Positions 10,448-21,001 of a stretch of 64,000 bases of DNA are shown piece by piece; position 1 is the stretch's first letter; the number at the start of each line of letters is the position of its first letter. The notes under the pieces were generated by a model. The model searched no databases, was not told where the DNA came from, and saw nothing but the letters and a program-made list of their open reading frames with translations. The stretch comes from an uncultured Gammaproteobacteria bacterium (GTDB taxonomy: Bacteria; Pseudomonadota; Gammaproteobacteria; JAURND01), in NCBI GenBank assembly GCA_963714975.1, contig CAVQQD010000002.1, positions 832,001-896,000 of the forward strand, given 5' to 3'. A program made the position numbers and the translations under genes.

Positions 10448-10470
10448 GTCTATTTACAGGAGTAAATACT

Positions 10471-11355
10471 ATTAAGCCGTTATTTAAGCGCAGGCCAATG
10501 TTTGGTTTGCGTGCGTTCATCTTAATTATTTTGGCTTTAGCCTTAATGTTCTTCAATCATCGTTCTGATGATTTTAAAGCAGCACGTTCTCAACTTTCGG
10601 TGGTGCTGGTTCCTTTGCAGTCTCTGGTAAATCAACCATTCCAATTTTTTCAATGGCTCAAGAGTAACTTTTCCACCCAACAAGATGCCTTGGAAGAAAA
10701 TGCTCGTTTGCGTGCTCGTCAACTATTACTGCAGGCTAAGTTGCAACGCCTTTTAGGTTTAGAAGCAGAAAATTCGCAACTGCGGGCCTTATTAGGCTCG
10801 CCAAGCCAATTTTCAGAAAGAATGTTGGTAGCGCAGCTATTAGATACCAATTTAGATCCATTAGCCCAGCAGGTTATCGTCGACAAAGGCGAACGCGAAG
10901 GAGTTTTTGTAGGTCAACCCGTTCTAGATGCTTATGGCGTGATGGGTCAGGTTGTCGATGTAAGCGTATTCTCAAGTCGGGTCCTTTTAATCACTGATGC
11001 ACGTAGCGCAATACCAGTGCAAAATAGCCGTAATGGGTTACGTGCTATTGCTGCAGGCACAAATTATTTAGATGAATTGGTTTTACTGCATATGCCTGCT
11101 ACTGCAGACATACGGGTGGGTGATCTCTATGTGACTTCGGGTTTAGGAGGTCGATTTCCATTTGGTTATCCGGTTGCCGTGGTTACTACGGTGAAACGAA
11201 CTGGGGATCGTTTTGTGGGTGTGGCACTCAAGCCCAATGCTCATATTAACAGTGCTCGTTTGGTAGTACTGATTTGGTCGGCCCAACGACGTGATGAATC
11301 TATTATGCCTGGTCTATCCGGTGCGGTTATCAAATCAAAATTATTGAGACCCTAA
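10471..11355 (+). CDS. mreC: Rod shape-determining protein MreC (probable ATT start at 10471; first ATG at 10498)
   Basis: Coiled coil EN..LR.LL, DKG..EGV..GQPV and TSGLGGRFP.GYPV motifs. SD AGGAG lies 8 nt before ATT AAG CCG TTA TTT. Confidence 0.93.
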   Translation: MKPLFKRRPMFGLRAFILIILALALMFFNHRSDDFKAARSQLSVVLVPLQSLVNQPFQFFQWLKSNFSTQQDALEENARLRARQLLLQAKLQRLLGLEAENSQLRALLGSPSQFSERMLVAQLLDTNLDPLAQQVIVDKGEREGVFVGQPVLDAYGVMGQVVDVSVFSSRVLLITDARSAIPVQNSRNGLRAIAAGTNYLDELVLLHMPATADIRVGDLYVTSGLGGRFPFGYPVAVVTTVKRTGDRFVGVALKPNAHINSARLVVLIWSAQRRDESIMPGLSGAVIKSKLLRP

Positions 11356-11357
11356 TT

Positions 11358-11837
11358 ATGAAGTCACTATTCGTGATTGGAGTAACTTTTGTAGTCGCTA
11401 TTATTTTAGAACTTATTCCTTTACCTGGATTTTTATTGTGGATCGAGCCTGAATGGGTCATTTTAACGCTAATTTATTGGTCCTTAGTGCTTCCTGATAA
11501 GGTGGGTTTATCGGTAGCATTTTTATTAGGACTAGTGATGGATTTGTTGATGGGCACTTTGCTTGGGCAACATGCACTTGCCTATGTTATAATCACCTGC
11601 CTGTGTATTCGTTTTTGTACGCGGATTCGTTTTTTGCCTTTGTGGCAACAAACAGTGACTATTTTCTTGATGGTTTTTGCATATCAAACATTCCAGTTTT
11701 TTATGCATGAATTTTCAGATTCGGAACAGGTAGTGGCAACATGGTTATTTTGGTTGCCTAGTTTTACTAGTTGCTTGCTTTGGCCATTCATCTATACTTT
11801 TTTACAGTCGTATCAAACGCGCTACAGGGTGTATTAA
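11358..11837 (+). CDS. mreD: Rod shape-determining protein MreD
   Basis: Hydrophobic; PEWV.L.LIYW...P..VG and GL..DLL.G.LLGQHAL motifs. Confidence 0.93.
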   Translation: MKSLFVIGVTFVVAIILELIPLPGFLLWIEPEWVILTLIYWSLVLPDKVGLSVAFLLGLVMDLLMGTLLGQHALAYVIITCLCIRFCTRIRFLPLWQQTVTIFLMVFAYQTFQFFMHEFSDSEQVVATWLFWLPSFTSCLLWPFIYTFLQSYQTRYRVY

Positions 11838-11842
11838 AAAGA

Positions 11843-14800
11843 GTGAAGCCATTTTATAAAAAATTATTACCTCGGATTGCTGAAGTAAGTATTGCGATCC
11901 TAGTACTCCTGGCTATTTTAATAGGTATAGCACGTTTTTTTTTACCTTATGTTGATCGTTACCACTCCAACTTCGAAGATTGGGCCAGCACAATTACCCA
12001 TCATCCCGTAAAGATAGAGAAGGTGAACGCAAGCTGGAAAGGCTTATATCCAATTTTTAGCTTAGAGCAGGTTGAAGTATTTGATGCTAATAAAACTACC
12101 AGGCTATTGCAAGTTACTCAGGTTCGTGTAGGCATTAATTTACTGGCTAGTCTGATTACATGGCAGTTTAAGCCCAGCTTGCTTCATTTAACTGGCACTC
12201 ATTTATCAGTGCGACAAATTGATCCCCACACTTTGGAGGTCAATGGTATTAAACTGCATTTGGCTTTACCCGAGCCTGCTAGCGGCAATACTATGGAGGG
12301 CTTAATTGCTTGGTTGTTAGCACAAGGCGAAATCATTATTGATGACGTTGGTGCTGATTGGTATGGAATGAATGGCTATCATTTGCCTTTGACTAATTTG
12401 CAAGTGAAATTTAGTAAGGGGTTAACCCAGCATCAGCTGATAGGTTCAGGGGTGATCGCTACCCAAAATCCAGGTCGCTTTCGCACTGTACTCAAGTTAC
12501 AAGGAAATATAGGTAATCGCAATATTAAGGTGCAGGGCTATCTTTACTTACGTAACATTGATTTAGTCCCATTGGCGAAGTTGGCTGCGTGGAATGGTTA
12601 TCAGCTGGTTCAAGGCCATTTAAAACAAGGGCGAGCTTGGTTAGAGTGGTCTAATAAACAAGTCCAGTTGTTACAAGCTACTTTTGATTTGGACCACGCG
12701 CTGTTGTTTTCGGAGCATTCACTAAAGCAGTTACCTCTTGATTCGCTGTCTGGTCATGCTGCTTGGCAAAAAGTGCAGGGTGGAATAAATGTTGCTGCTA
12801 ATCAATTAAAGATTCAGATCGCAGGCCAATCCTGGCCCACTGCACAAGTGAGTTTTCAGCATAAGGATGCCTCTTCTCATTCATCGTCGTTGCAGATTTT
12901 TCGTCTAGATAAGCTTAACTTAGCCAATGCAGAAGCCTTAGCCGCTTTTATTGTGCCTCGCACCAACGCAGGGACTTTTGCCAATACCAGTCAGGAATTA
13001 GTCACTGCTCTAGCGCCAAGTGGTGCTGTTGAAGATCTCTTAGTGCGCCGAGAATTCACTGCTCAAGAACAAAGTTTGCTATCTGCTTATGCTCGCCTTA
13101 ACCAATGGCAATGGAGAGCTGACAAAAAAGTTCCCGGGATACGAAACTTAAGTGGTCAAATAAAGTGGACCCCCAATGCAGGCGACATGCAGCTGGATGG
13201 CCAGCATTTTGAGTTGGATTACAATAGCTTATTTTCAGCCCCGCTAATGATCGACAATTACTCTGGAAGAATAGAATGGATTAATGTGCCAGCGGGTTTA
13301 AAAATCCGTGCCACTGAATTGGTTGCGAATAATTCTGATATCAGTGTTCGTGGGAATATCGATGTTTCTCAGCCACACCCTGGATCTGGAGACACATTCG
13401 TACGTCTACTGGGCTCTTTTACTAGTGATAAAATTAAGCATCTTGCTCTTTACTTGCCTCTTAAGGTGTTTCCAAAGCCCTTAGCGGTCTGGCTTAGTCA
13501 AGCTTTTGTGGGCGGGGGGAATGTGCAGGGAAGAGTATTATTGCAAGGACCTTTACATCACTTTCCTTTTGATGATCACAGTGGGCATTTTGAGATTGCG
13601 GCAAAGACTGAAAGTCTGAATATTAATTATGGAAAAGGCTGGCCCATGTTAACCGATCTTACTGCCGATGTGCATTTTGACGGCAGAAGTATGCAGCTAG
13701 ATAGTCCAAGTGCCAAAATTTTTGGTATGAGTACTAAGCCCATTCATGCCGAGATTGCGGACTTAAGCCGTGCGGAATTAGCCATTAAATCAGGGATTGA
13801 AGCGAGTTTACTAGATGCTAAGCGTTTTGTTTTTGCGAGTCCTTTAAAGAGCAGCTTGGGTGGTGCACTGAAGGAATTGCAACCCAACGGTATGATGCAA
13901 TTAGGTTTACATTTGCTGCTCCCTTTACACGAGGGTGAAACAGCGATGCGTGTCAATGGCAATCTTGCCATCATACCAGGAGCTAGCTTAACTCTACTGG
14001 ATTGGGATATTCGCTTTGAACAGTTGCAAGGGCAAGTCCAATTTACTGAAAACAGTGTCACGGCTGAAGACTTAAAAGCGACCTGGTTAGGGCAGCCAGT
14101 CCTCGCTCGAATTACTACCGAATTCCCCGGAGAGAAGCAACAGGTCCTTAAGATTGAAGGCCGTGGTAGTATGCCGCTCTCGTTGCTGGAACGTTATTAT
14201 AATGTAAGCTCTTTATCTGCTTATTTGCAGGGGACTATTAATTATGTGGCGACGCTACAAGCCAAAAAAAATAAAGGGCAAACCCAAACTTCATTGATTC
14301 TAGATTCGGATTTAACCGGTGTTAGCATTGATTTGCCGGCTCCCTTGAAAAAAACAGCAACCGAAAAAGCGCCTTCCCATATTGAATTGGCCTGGGGGGA
14401 ACCTCCAGTAAAATCTCTGCAGATGTCCGGTAATTATGATAAAAAATTAAGTGCCGCCTTGGCACTAAAAAATACCGCGGGTCAGTGGGCATTAGATAAT
14501 GGTAACCTTCGTTTTGGCGCCACGCCTGCAACACTGATGAAGGTTCCGGGATTAATTATTGATGGAGAATTAGCTAGCTTGGATTGGAATCAAGTGGAGA
14601 ATGATCTTTTGCCCCTCTTTGTGAAGAAAAAGACTTTGAAGCCGCAGACGCCAGCTTGGGTGCTGAACAAAATTAATTTAACGATTGGGCAATTAGCTGC
14701 TTTTGGAATGAATTTAAACCAGGCTCATGTGCAAATCCAACCTTTAAAGAATGCTTGGTCGCTACAAATTGATAGCCCCTTGATGGCTGGAAGATTGATA

Positions 14801-15748
14801 TTGTCCGAGGACCTACTGCATCAAGGAATTCAAGGAGAATTTACGCGTTTTACCTTACTGCCAGGTTCTTCCAAAGTAGTTTCTGATATTAATCCTGGGA
14901 AATTGCCACCTTTAAACCTGGTTATTCGCAGTTTTTATTATGGTGAAAAAGCTTTTGGGGAAGTGAGATTACGTACCTTTCCACAGTCTAATACCATGCA
15001 GATCGAACAGCTAGCAATTCGATCGCCTTATTATGAGCTTATTGCAGCAGGTCAATGGCGGCAGCTGGCCAAGGGTCGAGATCAAACCGTGCTGAATGGA
15101 GCGCTTACGACCACAAATTTAGGTGCGTCCTTGAGGAGCCTGGGTTTAACCGGGAGTTTGGAGGGATCCAAAGGTAAGGCTTCCTTTGCTCTAGCCTGGC
15201 CTGCTGCTGCATTTAATGCCGGTGCTGCGAATTTAAATGGTAATTTTTCCCTTGATTTCTTAGGAGGGCGGATCATCAATATCAGCCAAAGTACCGAGGC
15301 TGATATTGGTCTGGGGCGCTTGCTGAATTTATTTAGTTTGCAATCCATTCCTCGACGCTTAACTTTGGATTTTAGTGACTTAACCCAAAAGGGTTTTAAT
15401 TATGACGAAATGAAAGGGAATTTTGCTATCCACAATGGCCAAGTAACCACTAAAGATGCTTACTTAGATGGCCCGATTGCAAAAGTGGAAATTAAGGGCC
15501 GCATTGGTTTAGCGGCTAAGGATTATGATCTGCGCATGTTGATGACTCCCTATGTGACTTCGAGTGTTCCGGTGGTGGCTGCTTTTGCTGGGGGTCCGGT
15601 AGTTGGTGCTGCCGCTTTCGTTGCCCAAAAAGTATTGGGGAATGTGGTTGGCAAGATTACTAGCCATAGTTATCAGGTTACCGGTTCTTGGGCTAATCCC
15701 AATATTATCAAGCTTTCGCAATTAGATTTGCTACTCCCAAGGTCTTAA
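11843..15748 (+). CDS. yhdP: YhdP family AsmA-like phospholipid transporter (start uncertain, 11771-11843)
   Basis: ~1300-aa beta-rich protein with N-terminal TM, GPL..FPF....G.F, GRLL.L.SLQSIPRRL.LDFSD and Y.VTGSW.NP. Lies between mreD and tldD. Confidence 0.92.
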   Translation: MKPFYKKLLPRIAEVSIAILVLLAILIGIARFFLPYVDRYHSNFEDWASTITHHPVKIEKVNASWKGLYPIFSLEQVEVFDANKTTRLLQVTQVRVGINLLASLITWQFKPSLLHLTGTHLSVRQIDPHTLEVNGIKLHLALPEPASGNTMEGLIAWLLAQGEIIIDDVGADWYGMNGYHLPLTNLQVKFSKGLTQHQLIGSGVIATQNPGRFRTVLKLQGNIGNRNIKVQGYLYLRNIDLVPLAKLAAWNGYQLVQGHLKQGRAWLEWSNKQVQLLQATFDLDHALLFSEHSLKQLPLDSLSGHAAWQKVQGGINVAANQLKIQIAGQSWPTAQVSFQHKDASSHSSSLQIFRLDKLNLANAEALAAFIVPRTNAGTFANTSQELVTALAPSGAVEDLLVRREFTAQEQSLLSAYARLNQWQWRADKKVPGIRNLSGQIKWTPNAGDMQLDGQHFELDYNSLFSAPLMIDNYSGRIEWINVPAGLKIRATELVANNSDISVRGNIDVSQPHPGSGDTFVRLLGSFTSDKIKHLALYLPLKVFPKPLAVWLSQAFVGGGNVQGRVLLQGPLHHFPFDDHSGHFEIAAKTESLNINYGKGWPMLTDLTADVHFDGRSMQLDSPSAKIFGMSTKPIHAEIADLSRAELAIKSGIEASLLDAKRFVFASPLKSSLGGALKELQPNGMMQLGLHLLLPLHEGETAMRVNGNLAIIPGASLTLLDWDIRFEQLQGQVQFTENSVTAEDLKATWLGQPVLARITTEFPGEKQQVLKIEGRGSMPLSLLERYYNVSSLSAYLQGTINYVATLQAKKNKGQTQTSLILDSDLTGVSIDLPAPLKKTATEKAPSHIELAWGEPPVKSLQMSGNYDKKLSAALALKNTAGQWALDNGNLRFGATPATLMKVPGLIIDGELASLDWNQVENDLLPLFVKKKTLKPQTPAWVLNKINLTIGQLAAFGMNLNQAHVQIQPLKNAWSLQIDSPLMAGRLILSEDLLHQGIQGEFTRFTLLPGSSKVVSDINPGKLPPLNLVIRSFYYGEKAFGEVRLRTFPQSNTMQIEQLAIRSPYYELIAAGQWRQLAKGRDQTVLNGALTTTNLGASLRSLGLTGSLEGSKGKASFALAWPAAAFNAGAANLNGNFSLDFLGGRIINISQSTEADIGLGRLLNLFSLQSIPRRLTLDFSDLTQKGFNYDEMKGNFAIHNGQVTTKDAYLDGPIAKVEIKGRIGLAAKDYDLRMLMTPYVTSSVPVVAAFAGGPVVGAAAFVAQKVLGNVVGKITSHSYQVTGSWANPNIIKLSQLDLLLPRS

Positions 15749-15766
15749 AAGAGAGGCAAGCGAGCT

Positions 15767-15807
15767 GTAACAATTCCGTAACAATTCGTTAAGTTTTGTG
15801 ATACAAT
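15767..15807 (+). promoter_or_regulatory. OmpR-family (CpxR/PmrA-like) direct repeats plus -10 box
   Basis: GTAACAATTCC GTAACAATTC GTTAAG..., followed by TACAAT at 15802-15807. Confidence 0.45.
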
Positions 15808-15905
15808 GCTTTTTATTTTTGTAACCGATAAGACAGGAAGTTTTGTCAGTCTCTGGGCACTACTGGCGTAGTTGGATTTAGTCCAGTATTAGGAAGGTGA
15901 TATTT

Positions 15906-18224
15906 ATGAGCTCTGATATCACAGCACAAGAAGTAACTTCTCCTCGCAAGCTTTTTGCTATCCCCTTGTTGTCTACTAGGTTAGACCCTACTGTAGAAAC
16001 GAAAGAAAACTCAAGTACTCCCACTCAAGAATACACACTACTTAGGGAAAAGGATAAACAAAGCAGCGATGAGCGTTCTGCTTTTATTAATGGCAAGGTC
16101 GGAGCCCTAGATGTTCTCACCCTGACCCCTATAATTCGCCTAGGTGATCAAGTATTTACTAAGCTTTTCACTGATAGAATGCCACTCACGGAATTTTTGA
16201 ATGAAAATCCTGAGTGTGTCACGTTATTTATTGCCTTAGCTTTAGCTGGGATTTATTGTTATTACCGATTAAATGAAGCCAGAGAACTAAAGAATAGCCC
16301 AACTAGACTGGCAAAACGCCTTGAGGAAAAAAAACTAAGATTTTATGGTGAAGCAACATTGGCGGCTTATCAACAATCAGTGCAATATATCTATGATCAT
16401 GATTTAGAACTGAAAAATGCCTATCACAACATTGCCGTGGAAGTTATTCCTGACCAGCAGGGCAACACGCACATTTGCTTAATCCCAACCCCTAGTTCGA
16501 AACCTATCTTGCCAGAACCTGAAAGAAATACCCTTGAAGAAAAATTCGTCGACAAAATTAAGGTGGTGGCGCCTCTGGGTTATGCAGTTTGGTATGCGGT
16601 TAATTTTCCTGCAGTTAATTATTGGATTGGCTGGGGTTTTCGCGGCGTTCTTCAAACAGGTGGTCTTGATATTGGCTTCAGCACTGGACTTGATCCCTAT
16701 TTTGTAGCATTTGGGGTGGTGATACCGGTCTTAATGGCAATAGGCCTATATGCGCCAAAATTTGCTAATTATGTGAATAATAATTACGGCATTAAGAGTT
16801 CTGCATGGAAATCGCTAGATAAGACCTTGCTTAAACCCATACCTAATCCAGTACAAAATAAATGGCTCCGCTTTCCGGCTTATATACTGCTTGGTTTGAT
16901 TGATCACATTCGTTCTATTGTCGGGGTAATTCCTGCAGTGTTGATGGCAAGTTATTGCAAATTAACCCAAGAGCCTCTCAAGAAAGAATCCGAGCAGAAA
17001 CGCAAGGCACAAGTCGAAAAGGATATGGCGGAGGTGATGCGACGGGTTTTCTTGCTTGATGCCTATAAAAATGCGGGCTTGAAATTAGATTTAGAAATTC
17101 CAGAAGTCAGTTCTGAAAATTCTGACAACCAGTCGAAACTAGTAACTACTGATAGCACAAATGCAGCTGCTCTGCAGTCTATGTACGCTGCTAACAATCC
17201 AGCAAATCCACCAGGCGCATTTTTGGCGTTTTTTTTACTTAAATCCGCCCAGGCTTACGTGTGGATTGAGTTTACTTGGTGGTGGATGTCCGATGTCCAT
17301 AGTATGCATTATTTGGGGATGAATCCAGATTGCGATCTTTATGAGAAAGATTTTTTTAATAACTCAACCATGGCCTGGTTGCTGATAGGAATTGCTTTTT
17401 TTTATGGGATATGCGCTGTTATTCACAGAGAAAAAGATTCATTGCGGATCGAGGAAAAACGAGCGGAATTAATCAAGCTCCAGCAACTCAAATCAAAAAT
17501 TACTCAATTGGAACAAGATCCTGAATTGATGAGGGTGTTGGCTGAAAATCCTGCCTATCAAAAATGTCCGGAAAATAACGACCCTTATTACGCGAAAGAT
17601 CTTGAAATTACTTATAAGCAACCGAAGCGCCATTATCTAGCGTTTTATTTTGTTTTTATGCTTGGTTTCGGTGCTTTGCAGGGAGGCTATTGGATTGGCA
17701 GGGGATTTAATATTGGAGGGACAGCCAATATGATGTTTACCGATAAGCCTTGGTTGCTGCATACAGATTATTTTTCCCATTCAAAGGTTGGTCAAAATTG
17801 GGCTATTTTTCTAACCTGTACCGCTATAGCATTTCTTTATACCACAGGAACCTGGTATTTTAATCGGAAGGATCTAGAAATAGAGAATTTTTTAGATAAT
17901 TATGGGGGTACTCGCTTGAATCTCCAGGCCCAAGCTGATTTGATGGAGCAAACTGCTTTATTGCAACAAAAAAAGGCAAATGAGAAACCAGTAGGCAATA
18001 CTCCTTCTACCGAATTGGATACATCCTCCAGTGAAGAGGGTAATACGCCAAAAAGTCGTAATAGCTCCTCACCGTCGCAAAATGGCAGACCCCCAACACC
18101 CATGACGAATTTATTGACAGCAGTTGGATCATTTCCTAATCCTAAAATGCCGAAAGGAGCAGCACCTGCGACAAACAACCAGTTGAATCGGATCTCTATT
18201 GAAACGACTTTACCTTTTAACTAG
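15906..18224 (+). CDS. Hypothetical multi-pass membrane protein, candidate Dot/Icm effector
   Basis: 773-aa ORF with SD, several hydrophobic helices, coiled coils and an S/P/T-rich tail. No family recognised. Confidence 0.7.
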   Translation: MSSDITAQEVTSPRKLFAIPLLSTRLDPTVETKENSSTPTQEYTLLREKDKQSSDERSAFINGKVGALDVLTLTPIIRLGDQVFTKLFTDRMPLTEFLNENPECVTLFIALALAGIYCYYRLNEARELKNSPTRLAKRLEEKKLRFYGEATLAAYQQSVQYIYDHDLELKNAYHNIAVEVIPDQQGNTHICLIPTPSSKPILPEPERNTLEEKFVDKIKVVAPLGYAVWYAVNFPAVNYWIGWGFRGVLQTGGLDIGFSTGLDPYFVAFGVVIPVLMAIGLYAPKFANYVNNNYGIKSSAWKSLDKTLLKPIPNPVQNKWLRFPAYILLGLIDHIRSIVGVIPAVLMASYCKLTQEPLKKESEQKRKAQVEKDMAEVMRRVFLLDAYKNAGLKLDLEIPEVSSENSDNQSKLVTTDSTNAAALQSMYAANNPANPPGAFLAFFLLKSAQAYVWIEFTWWWMSDVHSMHYLGMNPDCDLYEKDFFNNSTMAWLLIGIAFFYGICAVIHREKDSLRIEEKRAELIKLQQLKSKITQLEQDPELMRVLAENPAYQKCPENNDPYYAKDLEITYKQPKRHYLAFYFVFMLGFGALQGGYWIGRGFNIGGTANMMFTDKPWLLHTDYFSHSKVGQNWAIFLTCTAIAFLYTTGTWYFNRKDLEIENFLDNYGGTRLNLQAQADLMEQTALLQQKKANEKPVGNTPSTELDTSSSEEGNTPKSRNSSSPSQNGRPPTPMTNLLTAVGSFPNPKMPKGAAPATNNQLNRISIETTLPFN

Positions 18225-18284
18225 TACTCCTTGCCATTATATCCTAGAATAATCCCTCTTCTGCACCCTAGAGGTACTTTTATT

Positions 18285-19730
18285 ATGACTGCATCTTCCT
18301 TAGCCCTTGTTGAAGAAACCCTGCTAAATCCAGGTGGTTTAACCAATCATATGTTAGAAAATGTGCTCAATAATCTCCTGAGCACAAGCATTGATTATGC
18401 CGATCTGTTTATGCAATCAGCTCATTATGAGTCCTGGGTGCTAGAAGATAGCCTGGTGAAACACGGCAGTTTTAATATTGATTGTGGTGTTGGGTTAAGA
18501 GCAATCAGCGGTGAAAAAACCGGTTTTGCTTATTCGGATGAATTGCGGCTCCCCGCTTTAGAACAAGCGGCCAGAGCGGCGCGCAGCATTGCTTTGCAAG
18601 GTGGCTCCTCGCAAGCCGTAACACCCAGTAAATTAGTGCAGTCCCGCCAGCTTTATCCCATCATCAATCCCTTAGATACCTTGAAGGAGCAAGATAAAAT
18701 TAATTTATTGATGCAAATTGATGCCAAGGCCAGAAGGCTTGATTCTCGCATTACCCGAGTGAATGCCAGTTTAAATTCTGTATACGAAATGGTGCTAATC
18801 ATTAGTAGTGATGGCGTATATTCCTGGGATATTCGCCCGTTGGTGCGGTTGAACGTGAGTGTCATCGCAGAAAGCCACCACCGACGTGAGCAAGGATCTT
18901 CAGGTGGGGGCGGTAGAGGGGGATATTCTTTGCTTTTAGAGCAAGACCTGGTAACGCGCTACACCGAAGAAGCGGTGCGTCAAGCATTAATTAATTTAGA
19001 AGCCAAAGAAGCGCCTGCCGGCGTTTTTCCTGTGGTTTTGGGCCCTGGTTGGCCTGGAGTGTTATTGCATGAAGCGATAGGTCATGGTTTAGAGGGAGAT
19101 TTTAATCGCCGAGGCTCATCTGCCTTTACCGGAAGAATAGGCGAGCGAGTTGCTACCCCAGGGTGCACCGTCGTAGATGATGGAACGTTGCCAGGTCGAC
19201 GTGGCTCTTTAAATATTGATGATGAAGGCACCCCGACCCAGTGTACGGTGTTAATTGAAAATGGCATTTTGAAAGGCTATATGCAGGACAAACACAATGC
19301 ACGTTTAATGGGAGTACAATCGACAGGTAATGGTCGGCGTGATTCTTATTCACATTTGCCGTTACCGCGCATGACCAATACTTATATGTTGCCAGGAAGC
19401 TATGCTCCAGAAGAAATTATTGCCTCAGTAGATCACGGTATTTATGCAGTAAATTTTTCTGGCGGCCAGGTGGATATTACCTCAGGAAAATTTGTATTTA
19501 CTACCAGTGAAGCTTATATGATTGAAAAAGGTCGTGTTACTTATCCAGTGAAAGGGGCTACCTTAATTGGTAATGGCCCGGAGATACTATTAGGAGTCAG
19601 CATGGTTGGTAATGACTTGGAGTTAGATTCTGGAGTCGGGGTATGTGGCAAAGACGGGCAAAGCGTACCGGTGGGAGTAGGGCAGCCTACTTTACGGGTG
19701 GATGCTTTGACTGTAGGTGGAACTAGCTAA
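18285..19730 (+). CDS. tldD: Metalloprotease TldD
   Basis: [29 protein letters not shown] and [16 protein letters not shown] motifs. Confidence 0.97.
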   Translation: MTASSLALVEETLLNPGGLTNHMLENVLNNLLSTSIDYADLFMQSAHYESWVLEDSLVKHGSFNIDCGVGLRAISGEKTGFAYSDELRLPALEQAARAARSIALQGGSSQAVTPSKLVQSRQLYPIINPLDTLKEQDKINLLMQIDAKARRLDSRITRVNASLNSVYEMVLIISSDGVYSWDIRPLVRLNVSVIAESHHRREQGSSGGGGRGGYSLLLEQDLVTRYTEEAVRQALINLEAKEAPAGVFPVVLGPGWPGVLLHEAIGHGLEGDFNRRGSSAFTGRIGERVATPGCTVVDDGTLPGRRGSLNIDDEGTPTQCTVLIENGILKGYMQDKHNARLMGVQSTGNGRRDSYSHLPLPRMTNTYMLPGSYAPEEIIASVDHGIYAVNFSGGQVDITSGKFVFTTSEAYMIEKGRVTYPVKGATLIGNGPEILLGVSMVGNDLELDSGVGVCGKDGQSVPVGVGQPTLRVDALTVGGTS

Positions 19731-19791
19731 GCCCCCTCTCCCCCGCCTGAGCGCCAGCGAAGGAAGGTGGGAGAGGGTTAGGGAGAGGGGG
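19731..19791. repeat. Palindromic repeat, family B (CCCTCTCCC...GGGAGAGGG)
   Basis: gccccctctccccc...ggtgggagagggttagggagaggggg fills the tldD-wecE gap. Confidence 0.75.
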
Positions 19792-19792
19792 T

Positions 19793-20941
19793 ATGAAAGA
19801 AGTCGCATTTAATAAGCCTTTTTTGACAGGTCGCGAGCAGGATTATATTTTACAAGCCTGTCAGCTTAATAAATTATCAGGTGATGGTGGTTTTACTAAA
19901 AAATGCCAAGCTTGGTTAGAGCAGTACACCGGCTCGCCCAAGGTTCTGTTAACCCAATCTGGCACAGCAGCGCTTGAGATGGCGGCAATCTTAATCGACA
20001 CCCAACCGGGTGATGAGATTATCATGCCTTCCTTCACCTTTGTATCAACGGCCAATGCTTTCTTATTGCGAGGAGGAGTGCCGGTTTTTGTTGATGTACG
20101 CGCAGATACCCTCAATCTTGACGAAACCCAAATTGAAGCCGCCATCACCCCCAAAACTAAGGCGATTGTGCCTGTGCATTATGCTGGAGTAGGCTGTCAC
20201 ATGGAAGCCATTTTGGCGATTGCCGAACGGCATAATCTCTATGTGATCGGAGACGCTGCGCAAGGCATGCTGGCTTCGTACCAACATAAGCCACTAGCGG
20301 GTTGGGGCCATTTAGCGGCGGTAAGTTTTCATGATACAAAACACATTATTTCTGGGGAGGGGGGTGCATTATTCATTAATGACCCTAAGTTTATTGAAAG
20401 AGCGGAAATTATCCGTGAAAAAGGGACAGACCGCAGTCGATTTGTTCGTGGAGAAATTGATAAGTATACTTGGCAAGATATCGGTTCTTCCTTTTTGCCC
20501 AGTGAACTCATGGCTGCTTTTTTATTGGCACAGCTCGAAGCAGCTGAATCTATTGTTTCTCGCCGTTTACAAATTTGGCATCGCTATGCCCAAGAATTGC
20601 AAGCTTTAGTCCGGCAAAATTTATTACGTGGTCCCATTATTCCTGACGATTGCCAACATAATGCACATATGTATTATTTGTTGCTGCCGGATAGTCAAAA
20701 GCGTGCTGAATTGAGAATTTTTCTACAAGATCAAGGAATTGCTACTGCCACGCATTATGTTCCTCTGCACAGTTCTCCTGCAGGCAGTCGTTATGCAAGA
20801 TCTCACGGTGACTTACCTCAAACTAATCATTTATCAGATCGCTTATTACGTTTACCGCTATGGATTGGCGTGGAGCAGCAGATGGATTCTATTATTCACT
20901 TGATACAACAATGGGCGCATGGTATAAAGTTGCTTCTTTAA
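19793..20941 (+). CDS. wecE: dTDP-4-amino-4,6-dideoxygalactose transaminase (DegT family)
   Basis: LSGDGGFTKKC, EIIREKGTDRS.F.RGEIDKYTW.DIGSSFLPSE and HYVPLHSSPAG motifs. Confidence 0.92.
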   Translation: MKEVAFNKPFLTGREQDYILQACQLNKLSGDGGFTKKCQAWLEQYTGSPKVLLTQSGTAALEMAAILIDTQPGDEIIMPSFTFVSTANAFLLRGGVPVFVDVRADTLNLDETQIEAAITPKTKAIVPVHYAGVGCHMEAILAIAERHNLYVIGDAAQGMLASYQHKPLAGWGHLAAVSFHDTKHIISGEGGALFINDPKFIERAEIIREKGTDRSRFVRGEIDKYTWQDIGSSFLPSELMAAFLLAQLEAAESIVSRRLQIWHRYAQELQALVRQNLLRGPIIPDDCQHNAHMYYLLLPDSQKRAELRIFLQDQGIATATHYVPLHSSPAGSRYARSHGDLPQTNHLSDRLLRLPLWIGVEQQMDSIIHLIQQWAHGIKLLL

Positions 20942-21001
20942 ATTGGTGGGCAAAATTTGGATGCTCAATTTTCGTTTACTAAATGGAATATGAGGAAAAT
21001 T

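Noticed and set aside
18210-18227. TrpR operator upstream of tldD (TTAACTAGTAC)
   Set aside because: Only one good half-site; the symmetric half matches poorly.
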